A DNA stretch of 62,961 nucleotides, the filler included, from Octopus bimaculoides (Eukaryota): assembly GCF_001194135.2 (NCBI RefSeq). It is 5 parts of 4 records of this genome, joined end to end, with 100 filler letters (N's around TTAATTAATTAA, not from the genome) between each part and the next. Parts side by side here need not be neighbours in the genome. Positions count along the whole stretch, not along the records: positions 47,408 to 59,684 come from NC_068982.1; positions 59,785 to 62,961 come from NC_068982.1; 3 more parts are not named here. One strand, given 5' to 3'. A program made the translations under genes and the position numbers. The notes below the pieces were generated by a model that ran no database searches, was not told the origin of the DNA, and was given only the letters and a program-made list of their open reading frames with translations. Below are positions 52,440 through 62,961 of the stretch, one piece after another. Numbering within the stretch: position 1 is the stretch's first letter; each line of letters begins with the position of its first letter.

Positions 52440-52900
52440 CGCCTGAGTGGTGCAGCCAGGACCTCCACATAAGGAAATGTTCGACTTGTGGTCTCTTATC
52501 AACCATAGAGATCTTGAGCTACTTTCAGCTACCATGCCTATTTCCTTGATGGTTTTCGTTCGTATCTGGATTTCAGACCCATCTTCTACAGGAAATAGTG
52601 CACTGAACCAAATGCAAAGCTGCGGCCGCTGACTTCAATGGGGAATGAGGCTGCATGTCAGCTCTTGATATTTCCATTTCGATAATGGTGGAAAAATCTC
52701 GAGTATGTCTTCGACCACAATGATTGGTTTTGTATTCATAAACACCAGAAACATATTTGGTAGGAGTGATGTCACCACTATCTCCACTGAGAAGACAAGT
52801 CTGGCCCTCAGGCCCACTTGCATCTCCCAATCTGAAGCTGAACCAAAAAGGTCCCCTTCCATTGCTTTCGCCTCGGCAGGTTAAATTATTTATAATTTTG
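52440..52900 (-). mobile_element. HERO-like (REL-type) non-LTR retrotransposon, 3' remnant
   Basis: SASDWEMQVGLRARLVFSVEIVVTSLLPNMFLV..TKPIIVVE, KWKYQEL, FPVEDG, IKEIGMVAESSSRSLWLIRD match the HERO C-terminal pattern as I recall it. Confidence 0.72.
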
Positions 52901-53079
52901 CTATTAAAATCTTCACGACACAGTATCGCAAACAAGTTCTATAGAAGTATGCTTGTCACTTCATCAGAATTACCTAGTTCGAATTCCGATTCTCAAATCA
53001 TGATAATTGAAGCACCAACCTCGCCAAAAGATAATTGAAGCACCACGCTCACTAAAAGATAATTGAAGCATCAACACAG

Positions 53080-53760
53080 TCACATAGATGAAATGTTGTC
53101 ATTAACGAAGCTGCTGACATTAATTATGAGAACATTCATTCGCTAAATGACACAAACGTTTATCAAGGAGAGAGAAAAATTTGGAATTACTAGACATAGC
53201 ATTGATAGTTTGCAGAAAGTGTTCTTTACGCTTAGCAGTAGTTCACTAACTTCCTTCAAAGCAGAGGAAGCCTCGTCATTCCCTATGAGATATTTGTTGC
53301 AAAATCGTGACGGCATAATCAACGATGTATGATTCATGAGAGACTATCAATCAGACTGAAATATTTTTAGTTTGCAAGAAAATCTGCCACGTTTTTTGTT
53401 TTCGAAAATTTTTGATATTTTTTTCAAAGTATACAGAATTTTTTAATGGAATTGGTTATTTTGATCATGATTCTTGATTTCTCGTGTAAACTGTGCACAT
53501 GTTCAGACTCTGAACATTCCTGACATTTGGATTTATATCGGACACCTTTTATCGCGTGAATAACTGATCTCGATGGTAAAGATAAGCCTGTCTCTTTTGT
53601 TTGGAAAAAAGTTCTGACAGTTTCCATCTTTGATGGCTATTATAAATGAGTTTGTGCGGTGGACGAGATTTTGATAACTAACAAGAGTGACTTTCTTCAT
53701 GCAACAAACTTTATTTTCATCTAAAACTTGAAAAGCAGACGATCTCCTCCGAAAGTTTGG
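53080..53760 (-). mobile_element. Possible Helitron Rep-helicase linker remnant
   Basis: Weak resemblance (ALKEVSELLLSV, KGVRYK..CQEC, SLHE); no diagnostic HUH or Walker motif seen. Confidence 0.3.
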
Positions 53761-53839
53761 TGGAAGTCGTCGAGTTTTGCGAGGCTGATGTCGGAGTGTA
53801 GGACTCCTTTAATTTTCTTTTCTAATTAAATAAGAGTAA

Positions 53840-54055
53840 GTCACCGAACTGGCAGAATTGGTATTGCGCCGGACAGAATGCTTAGCGGCATATAGTCCAT
53901 CATTGTGTTCTAAGTTCAAATTCCGTCGAGGCCGATTTTGTCTTTCATTTGTCAGCGTCGATAACACATAAGGATCAGTTGAGTACCGTGGTCAGTGCAA
54001 TGGACCTGCCTCCCTCCCACGAAATTGCTGGTCTTGAGACAAAATTTGAAACCAA
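53840..54055 (+). mobile_element. Family A SINE, full length, degenerate
   Basis: GAACTGGCAGAATTGG...GCTTAGCGGC...TTCAAATTCCGTCGAGG. Confidence 0.85.
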
Positions 54056-55864
54056 TTCAATTGCTGGAAACAGATACTGAACATAACGTCCAACAGCTTT
54101 AGAGATTTATGAGGTGTCACAGATTTTCTGGATGGAAGATTTTGTTAAAGACATTCATTGAATATTTTTATTTTTGTGCTCAATTGATATTTTTGTCCCA
54201 TTTTTTTCTTTTTATTTCACAGTCGGCATAAATTTACCGGCACTTTTTTTCTATTTATTGCAGCAAAAATAATGGTGAAAATTATTATTTATTCGTATGC
54301 GGAAAGGAACAGGTTATGATTGCAAATACCCTTACTCCATTCGTTGGAACGTGCACACAATCTCGATATACCTGGTGGTTATCACGTAAGAGAATGAAAA
54401 AAATGATATCAATTTCTATCTGATAATGCCAAGTTTGGCTTGGAGAGAAAAGTAAAGTTGCTCTCATCTTACAAATTTCCTGGAAGGTAGATGAGATTGA
54501 GAGAATGATTAAGATATTTTATTTCATCCATTTTGTATTCTGTCCATCTTGTCTAAACCTGCAGGGTTTTCTTGTTTGCCCTAATTATGTCTGTTTATCC
54601 GTTCCGAGTTTAGATTCTACCGAGGTTAACTTTGCTTTTCATTCCTTCGTTATCGTTAAAATAAGTCCTCGTTGAGCCCTGGAACCGAACGAATCGCCCT
54701 GCCCCACCAACCTCTCAGAAATTGCAAATTTTGGCTTGGAAATATTGATTGTATCTTTTATTATTAAGTCTGTAATAACCAAATTTGTTTGCTTTTTATT
54801 GATGTTATCATTAAGCCTTATTTTGGGATGGTGCTCTCGGTGGCTCATAGAATCTATTCATTTTAATTCCTGAATTTTGATTACCATCATCATGATTTCT
54901 TACTTCAGAGAATTTCCTGTTTTTAAACCGACTTCAAATTCCTTCTTTCGTACCTTTTTTGTTTGAGGGGTTCTCGACTGGTATTTCAGTCATTACTCTG
55001 CAGTCACGTGGTTTGGTTTTGTTGCACCTCTTATTTCTATTTCCATATTTTACATTTTCAGTGCTGTGATCATTACTTGTATTTTCGCATTATATTCTTC
55101 CTTTTAAAGTTTCTATTTCAAGCCTCTCCCTAAGATATCACCTTAGAAATAAATAGTGAACAGTATTTCAAACAAAACAGACCGTTCCGAAAGCTATTGC
55201 TTCATTTTGTAGCTCTACATTCCGAGTTCACATCCTGCGACAGTTGACAAATGTATGGCATTATCGGAATGCTAGAAATTAGTCGTTTCAGCTAAATTTG
55301 TAAAGCAAACAAAAATAGGCAATTTGTCATTGTTTACCTCCATTTTTGTATCTTCATTGATATCGATACGTGCTATTCCATCATATTCTGGCAAGCAATC
55401 TTTTATGATTTCGTAGAAATTCTATACAAACGAAGGAATAAATTAACCAATTATTATTGAAATATAATATTTACATTTTCAATGTTGGCGAATATATTTT
55501 GTTGCCGATGTTGAGGTTGTGTATTTGCAGTCGATGCAAATAAATTATTATTGTTGCAGAAGAGGATTTAGAAAAAAGTCCTGAAGCGAACTTTTTCTGT
55601 ACAAACTACATAGATCGATGAATATTTTAAAATATTACTAAAATATTTGTAATGAATTTGAGCAGATGAAATCTCTACACAGCTTCACAGTGACTCAATG
55701 TTTCGCCGGTTCGTTTTCTGTCAACGCATTTGATACGTTAACTACCCACTTGAGTGTAAAAGCAGTTTATATCTTTGCAAACCTGACTAATAGAAAAAAA
55801 ACCCCGAAGATTGGAATTACAAAACATTCCAAAGATTTCAAAGCTATAGTTAAATTTCATTTCT

Positions 55865-56497
55865 TTTTCATCTTTTACTTGTTTCAGTCATTAGACTACG
55901 GCCAAGTAGGAGGACCGCCGCGAAGAATGTTTAGTCGAATGGATCGATTCCTGTACTTATATGTTTATGCCCGATACTTATCTCGTTTCTCGCTTTTGCC
56001 GAAGCGTTAGTTAGAGGGATGTAAAGACACCAACACCGGTTGTCCAGCGGTAGTGGGAGACAAACACAGACACAGAGATACACATGCACACACGTATATA
56101 TATATAAATATATATATATATATAAATNNNNNNNNNNNNNNNNNNNNNNNNNNNNNNNNNNNNNNNNNNNNNNNNNNNNNNNNNNNNNNNNNNNNNNNNN
56201 NNNNNNNNNNNNNNNNNNNNNNNNNNNNNNNNNNNNNNNNNNNNNNNNNNNNNNNNNNNNNNNNNNNNNNNNNNNNNNNNNNNNNNNNNNNNNNNNNNNN
56301 NNNNNNNNNNNNNNNNNNNNNNNNNNNNNNNNNNNNNNNNNNNNNNNNNNNNNNNNNNNNNNNNNNNNNNNNNNNNNNNNNNNNNNNNNNNNNNNNNNNN
56401 NNNNNNNNNNNNNNNNNNNNNNNNNNNNNNNNNNNNNNNNNNNNNNNNNNNNNNNNNNNNNNNNNNNNNNNNNNNNNNNNNNNNNNNNNNNNNNNNN

Positions 56498-56535
<38 letters not shown>

Positions 56536-56604
56536 TATATACACAGATCTATATATGTACATTTATATATAAATATACACACACATATGTACGCACACGC
56601 ACAC

Positions 56605-56639
<35 letters not shown>

Positions 56640-56825
56640 ACGGGCTTCTTTCAGTTTCCATCTTCGAAATCCACTCACAAGAGTTTGGTTGGCCTGAAGC
56701 TATAGTAGAAGACACTTGCCCAAGGCACCACGCAGTGGAGCGGAACCGGAAACCATGTAGTTGGAAGGCAAACTTCTTACCACAAAGCTATGCGCCTCAT
56801 AAGCTACGCTTGCGACTATAGCCAC
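55865..56825 (-). mobile_element. Family B SINE with an expanded internal (TA)n spanning a gap
   Basis: 3' half at 55865-56090, core GGGCTTCTTTCAGTTTCCATCT...CACTCACAAG at 56641-56690, head to ~56825. Confidence 0.85.
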
Positions 56826-57041
56826 ACCTGCGCCTATCTTTGAAATAAAGGTTGCCTGAAATATGTTAGTAATTCGTCAGTGTGTGTGGGTGTGCTTGTG
56901 TGTGTGTGTGTGTGCGTGCGTGTGTGTGTTTGTATTCGATCCTTCTAATTAAAGAGAACGTAGGTTTCCATTTGCTATAGTAAAATACTTCTCACTACTC
57001 ACTGGTTTGCAGTAGTTATATGTAAATAGAAAACGGACATT

Positions 57042-57730
57042 ATGGCAGTGAGCTGCTAGGGTAGCTAAGCACAGATCAAAATCTTTACGACGTCTTGTAG
57101 TAAAGATTGTTAACCAACATAACATGGCAGTCCTGGTTTAGGACGAATGTTGCTGTAATTTAGCTCCGAAAGACATCGTCTCCAGCTGGCTATATGACAC
57201 GATCTGTGTCGTTATATTTTCGAACAAGGGAATCTAGCACCCCCACTCAGCTCAAAATAGTATCTGTGTTTCGCTATTTCCGGGTTATTTCCCTTCATCA
57301 GCATAGAATTTCCCCTTCAGCAAAGAATTTCCTTTCATCAGCACAGAATAATTGACATGTGCTGATAAAGGGAAATAACTCGGAAATCGCCATATAGAGA
57401 TTTTTTTTTTCAGCTGAGTGGGGGTCCTAGATTCCCTTATTTGAAAATATAAGGACACAGATCGTGTCGTATAGCCAGCTGAAGACGATGTTTCCTGGGG
57501 CTAATTTACAGCAACATTCGTCCTAAACCAGGACTGCCAGTACTGTTGCTGAATATCTCACGTGAGATTTAAAAATAGTAATTTTCTATTTTACGTTCTG
57601 GTTTCAAATTCCACCCAGATCGACTTTGCGTTTCATTATTTCGGAGTCGATAAATTAACTTGATTGAGTATCGGGATCGATATGATTGATTAGCCCCCTC
57701 CTCTTAAAATTGATGGCCTTGTTCTAGCAT
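57042..57730 (+). mobile_element. Family A SINE split by the 57125-57539 fold-back element
   Basis: Head GGCAGTGAGCTG at 57043-57100; body resumes TTACGTTCTGGTTTCAAATTCC at ~57591. Confidence 0.65.
57125..57539. repeat. Long inverted repeat (~180-bp arms) with a short tandem triplication in the spacer
   Basis: TGGCAGTCCTGGTTTAGGACGAATGTTGCTGTAA... versus ...TTACAGCAACATTCGTCCTAAACCAGGACTGCCA; units like TTCCCTTCATCAGCATAGAAT x3 at 57288-57349. Confidence 0.93.
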
Positions 57731-57984
57731 CTGAGACTCTTGTTGAATAATAAGTAAAGTAGCATGCCGCCACTTTACTTATTGAACAAAACACTTTGCG
57801 GCTTTTCTTCCAATTCTTTTCCTTCTAATTTCCAGTTCCATCCAGTCTAAGTTTCTCGTTCATCATTTCGGGATTGATAAAACATACTACCAGTCAGTTT
57901 AATCGATTGGACCCTCGCCTGAAAATTAGTGGCATTGTCCAAACTCAGAATTAATTAGAATTAACATTAAGGAAGTGTGCCTTG

Positions 57985-58130
57985 AGAATCGGTAGCGCGC
58001 CGGGGAAAATGAAACGTTTCTTCCGACTTTCTGCATTCAAATTCCGCAGAGGCCAATATTGTTGGTCTTTCTTTTGGGGTCGATAAACTAAGTACCGGAT
58101 GATCACTGGGGATTTAGCGACGAAATCATC
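57985..58130 (+). mobile_element. Family A SINE, degenerate
   Basis: TTCAAATTCCGCAGAGG...TTTTGGGGTCGATAAACTAAGTACC. Confidence 0.75.
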
Positions 58131-59474
58131 AAACCCGCATTCCACGTGCCCTTTCAGAATAGGAGCATTATTGATTTGTGGAATTATGCTGAACACCTAA
58201 CGCCGCCGTGGAACAAATTCATCTATCATCAAAATCCATTGTGAACATTGTCTTCTTTTGCCGAAAAGGAGAGGCTTTCTGACGGATGAGGTTGCCCAAG
58301 AGAAAGATGTTGAAAGCACTGAAGACAGACACCAGACGCTTTCCTCTTCGGTCAAGTTATCACCAACATTTTCAAGTTTCAGGTGGAGATGTTAGTGAAG
58401 GTGGAGACATAAATGCTACCCCCCATCACGTAAATTCTTTGAAAAGTTGTGAGAGTAGCAAAAATGGCACGTGTGATAGTTTTAACTGTTGCTGAAATTT
58501 ATTACTTGCCGAAGGAAAGAAACGTTAAAAAATGTCAAAGAATGTCTAGAATTTAAAATGTTAGCAGAAAATAATCAATTTTAGTACAAACAAAAACAGT
58601 TACTAGAGAATGCGTGCGGAATCATGATGGAAAACAAAACAAAACGACAGTAAACAATATAAAAATATCAAAGACCAAAAAGAAAAAAATATGCGCACAA
58701 GCATACTGAGGTTAATGCATAAACATTACCTATACTCAAATTTTCAGCTCTAGTTTCACTCACAATCCGGAAAGTGAAATATTATTTTATGTTACATGAA
58801 AATAGATTGATTTCTTCATGCAACGAACGAGTACTCTGATGCAAAATTGCTGGTGAATAGTTAAAAATAGGCTTTACTTTCACGAAAACAATGTTAATAT
58901 GAATCCTATGAGAATTTTTTGGTACATAACGGAAACGACGTTTAGACGTTAAAAATTGCCCTAAAAATAAACTCCTTGGATGAGACGACTCTAAAATTCA
59001 ACTTGTAAATGACAATGACAAATCTCTGACATAAAAAGTATACGTGAAAAGAAAGAAAAAATGTATTGACTATTTGATATATTTAAATTTCTAAAAAAAT
59101 GAGTTATCTTCTTCACTCAAAATGGTAATTGTATTTCAAATCACGGGAATGGCATTTAGCTTTTGAAAGTGAACGTTGAAAAAAATTGAAAATTCAGCAG
59201 ACAAGTTTGAAAAGAGTGACTCGAACTATCATATTGACACAATTCTAACATTAAATGATGCTGAAAGTAAATAGAAAAATATATGGTGTGTCTGTAGCAC
59301 GACGTGACAATACGAGCTTGTGGGTGTATTTGCATGGTATTAAACAGCTTTCCATGTAATGTTCCTAAGAGAACGACTATTATATGTTTCGTTTTTGTAT
59401 TTAGTTTGCATTATTCTTGATGTGAATTGGTGAGTTGAAACAAAATTTTGTTATGTTTGAGAGGATCATTACAC

Positions 59475-59540
<66 letters not shown>

Positions 59541-59542
<2 letters not shown>

Positions 59543-59684
59543 GAAATACTCTCTGAACCAACCATAAACACTAATGCGGGTGAAAATCAAATAGATGAAG
59601 GAAGTCATACAGAAATCGACGCAACAGAACTACATGATCTAAAAAATCAAATCATGATTGAATGGCTGAAAATTAAAGAAACTA
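59541..59684 (+). mobile_element. Probable R4/Dong-like ORF fragment (pre-RT region) directly after (AAT)n, running into a gap
   Basis: Open frame ILSEPTINTN...ELHDLKNQIMIEWLKIKET; resemblance to the pre-RT region is from memory; same (AAT)n context as the other copies. Confidence 0.45.
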
Positions 59685-61049
59685 NNNNNNNNNNNNNNNN
59701 NNNNNNNNNNNNNNNNNNNNNNNNNNNNTTAATTAATTAANNNNNNNNNNNNNNNNNNNNNNNNNNNNNNNNNNNNNNNNNNNNATATAGTCAAAAAGAT
59801 TCCCGAACGCATAAGTGAAAACATTCAAAGTAGTTGAATCATATATATTTATACACATCAACATAAATTATGCATGTACAGGCATGAGGGTTATGTGGAT
59901 GTGTATAAATACATATGATTCAAAATCTTTGATTGAATGTCTTCACTTATGCGTTCGGGAATCTGTTTGACTGCCTGCGATTTGCGTTTTCAATTTTCTC
60001 TACTCTGTATTTTTTTCATTGGCTCTCTATGAGCACTCCGTAGATAGCCCATACAATTTAAAACATACCTAATATTATAAGTATATACATATACGTGTTT
60101 GTGTATGCATGTATAGAAATATGCGTGTATGTGCACATACATATTTATAAATGTGTGCGTGTGTGTGTTTGTGTGCAGGTTAAGTATATTATTTTAGGCA
60201 AAAATCGAGAGAAAAGTGGGAGAAAGTGGGTGGGGGGATATCATGTAAGTGTGTTGTTCCGGTCATATATGAATGGCTAATCTATCATGAAATGATGGGA
60301 AAGCCAAATCTATTGTTTAGACCGGGCTTATAGATTCCAATAAATGAAGTTATGATAAAGTATGTTTAGTTATTTATCAACGTATTTTGTTTGTTTTTTT
60401 TTCTTTTACGTTTAAGAGTTCAGATCAATAGATCGATTGAGAGAAGCTTTGAAAGGGAAACTAGGTGGAAAAGAGAAGGTGAAGTATTGGTGATAAAAAA
60501 AAAAAGAGAGGGAAAGAGAAAACCTAATGTCTGGCGTCTAATGTAGATGAATTCAATAGATTAAATATTATAAAGTATAAGTATATATGCTAAATTAAAA
60601 AGAAAAAAATATCGAAATAAAAACACAAATTTTAACTTTCTGACCCAACTAGTTTATAAAACTAAGATTTTACAAAAAGAATTCAGTTGAACGGAGAAAT
60701 AATATTCAAGTCTGAATTAAATTTTTATGAAATTACCTATAAAATCTTATGGGAGGTCTATTTTTATTCAATGAAAAAAGGCATAATTTACGAAAGCAAA
60801 CAATATGAAAATGGAGAAAAAATAACGGAAGTCAGTAAATAAATTATCAAAATATGTGTGAAAGAAATTATCAATCAAACATCGCGCCAAGGAAACTTGA
60901 AGTTCCCCTCTAAACGTTTTTGATCTATCTCAAAACACGCACAGCATTACCGCAGTTTAGTGCGAGGCTGAGTCGTTGTAACAACCAGATATCTTCCCAA
61001 ATATCATCTGAAATTTCAGTGAGGCGAGACAGTAACGAAGTCAAATATT

Positions 61050-62620
61050 TCTTTGTCAGTTATCCAGTACTCCACAACGTTTCAAAAGTTACAAGCTGAA
61101 AAGAATTTTATTTATCGACGATTGCAGTATTTAGATGTCTTGTTTAGCTCATCTACGAACGTCGTAACCCCCAATTCCGTTACTGCACTAAGGACGTGTA
61201 ATGGCAAAATAAGTCGCTAAGAGTGGCCACTCATACGATGCATGTACCTCGAGGCCAAAGCAAAAGTGAATCTAACGGGACACTTCTCATTATCTTTGGA
61301 CAACCCTATTGGCTCCATAGTTTAGAAAATATTTACTCTAGCTAGGGTTCATTTGACAAGAAGGTTTACCTCGTTGTGGTGACCAATGCGATCTACATTT
61401 AGTTGACAAAATAATTAGTGAAGAACTTTGAGATTACAGGGCATACAACAGTAACATCTCGTTCTACGTGCATTAGCCTCGACTTAGGACAATGCTAAGA
61501 TAAGGTTCATCTAGGCTAAGTAATCCATCAATATTTGCTACAAGAAAGGCTTCAACCCAATCTCCAGAAAATTTGGCACTAGCAGAAAATAGGTTGCATC
61601 TTGAGTATTAATCGGATCGATCTAAAAGAGACCCGAAATGTGTTTTGACTTGGACTAACAATACAAGACCCCCAGTACCCCACCAACCTGCAGTTGTAGA
61701 TTTTGATTCGTTTACTTATTGGAAATAGTACTTGTTGGAAAGGAGAGAAAGCTGCTTGCAATAGGAGATCTAGTTTAAATGAGAAAAAAGATACAAGGGA
61801 GAAGCTTATCCCTTTGATATGTATGGTTGCTTCGCACCCCAGTTTAGTGCCAAATCCGAGTTGAACGGGTACGAATTCTGAAGAGATATTAGAAGATCGT
61901 TGACAGAACATATTCGACGTGAGATGCCTAAAAGTACACCCACCTGCAGTGGGGTGGAGATCAGTATTAGACTTAAGAAGATCGAATAGCCTAGCATCAA
62001 AGAACAGGAAAGATACGCTCAGAAGAAATTTTGTTCATGAAATGCGTGAAACATTCCTAAAGTTGAAAGCCAACGTCATCGCCCGACTGGAAATGCTGTC
62101 TTTATAATATTGAGGGGCAAAGACTATTAATTCCAGAACCAAACACCGCAAGAAAGGAAGTGGTAGTCATTCTGACATTATCTTGGGTGAAGACTAGTCT
62201 TTAGTAAGCCGGTAGTTCGGGTAATTATAAAATAATCATCAACAGAGGATATTTCTGAGTAAATTTACAAACTCTGCAGTACACTAATCAAGAAGAAAAA
62301 GAGAAGAAAAAAGACGGATTGCCATTTTGATGTCATATTTACTGAATTTAGCATTGATGGCTTTCATCAGGTCTGGATACCGACTGACATCTGAATCTAT
62401 TACAAATTTGCTTTGGACTTGAGTAGAGAAATTATTGATGAGGTTCCGCATGATTCAAATTATTGCTTCAGGGATAAGGTTCATCGTTACTCATGGGAAG
62501 TGTGTCAAGTGGGAAATGAAACAATCTTTACCAAACGGATTCGTCATTAGATATAATTTTTTTTAAATTTCAGACAGACCATGGGTGAAACATCTTCGAG
62601 CTCCCTTTGGGATACTGTAG
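61050..62620 (-). mobile_element. CRE/SLACS-like non-LTR RT remnant
   Basis: LHPTAGGCTFRHLTS (IRPIAVG.TLRRL.S) and VQLGFGTKLGCEATIH (QLG.G..GG.EA..H), then KLD; many stops. Confidence 0.7.
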
Positions 62621-62961
62621 GGGTATCTTAAGACGATAGCAAAAGTCTTCTGCAAGGAGTTAGTTATTAACTGGTTTTCGTATAACAAATCAATAAATCA
62701 ATTAATAAATAGAATAAACGGTTAAAAACCAACTGCATAAAAAGATATTTAGGTTCTTAAAATCTCTAGTCAAACTTATACAGAAAAGCTAGTGAATAGA
62801 GCAAACACTTTTTATGATTGTACTTAATTCATTTTAGTGAAAATTTGATTTTATGTCAAATATTTACAGATTTGGAATTCAGGGGTTTTGCCGAAAAAGT
62901 AGTTTGAGAGAGAGAGAGTGGGGGGGGGAGAAAGAGAGAGAGAGAGAAGGAGCGTAGAGAG

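Overview
AT-rich eukaryotic, repeat-dominated DNA with many microsatellites and N gaps. The SINE repertoire matches what I recall of octopus/coleoid cephalopod genomes (inference). I found no host protein-coding exon and no intact ORF; most entries in the ORF track are microsatellite or gap artefacts. The window holds about 20 tRNA-derived SINE copies from several families, decayed LINE fragments (R4/Dong-like, RTE, CR1-like, HERO-like, CRE-like), mariner/Tc1 remnants and a mariner-type MITE. The main signal is a set of minimal type I hammerhead ribozyme (HHR) motifs with palindromic stem III and an extra A after the CUGANGA box, in at least three unrelated short repeat families: the tail of a tRNA-headed SINE, a 152-bp tandem unit, and the arms of a long inverted repeat. 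Several further fold-back elements carry partial HHR-like motifs. All folds and alignments were done by eye; none has been computed or tested.
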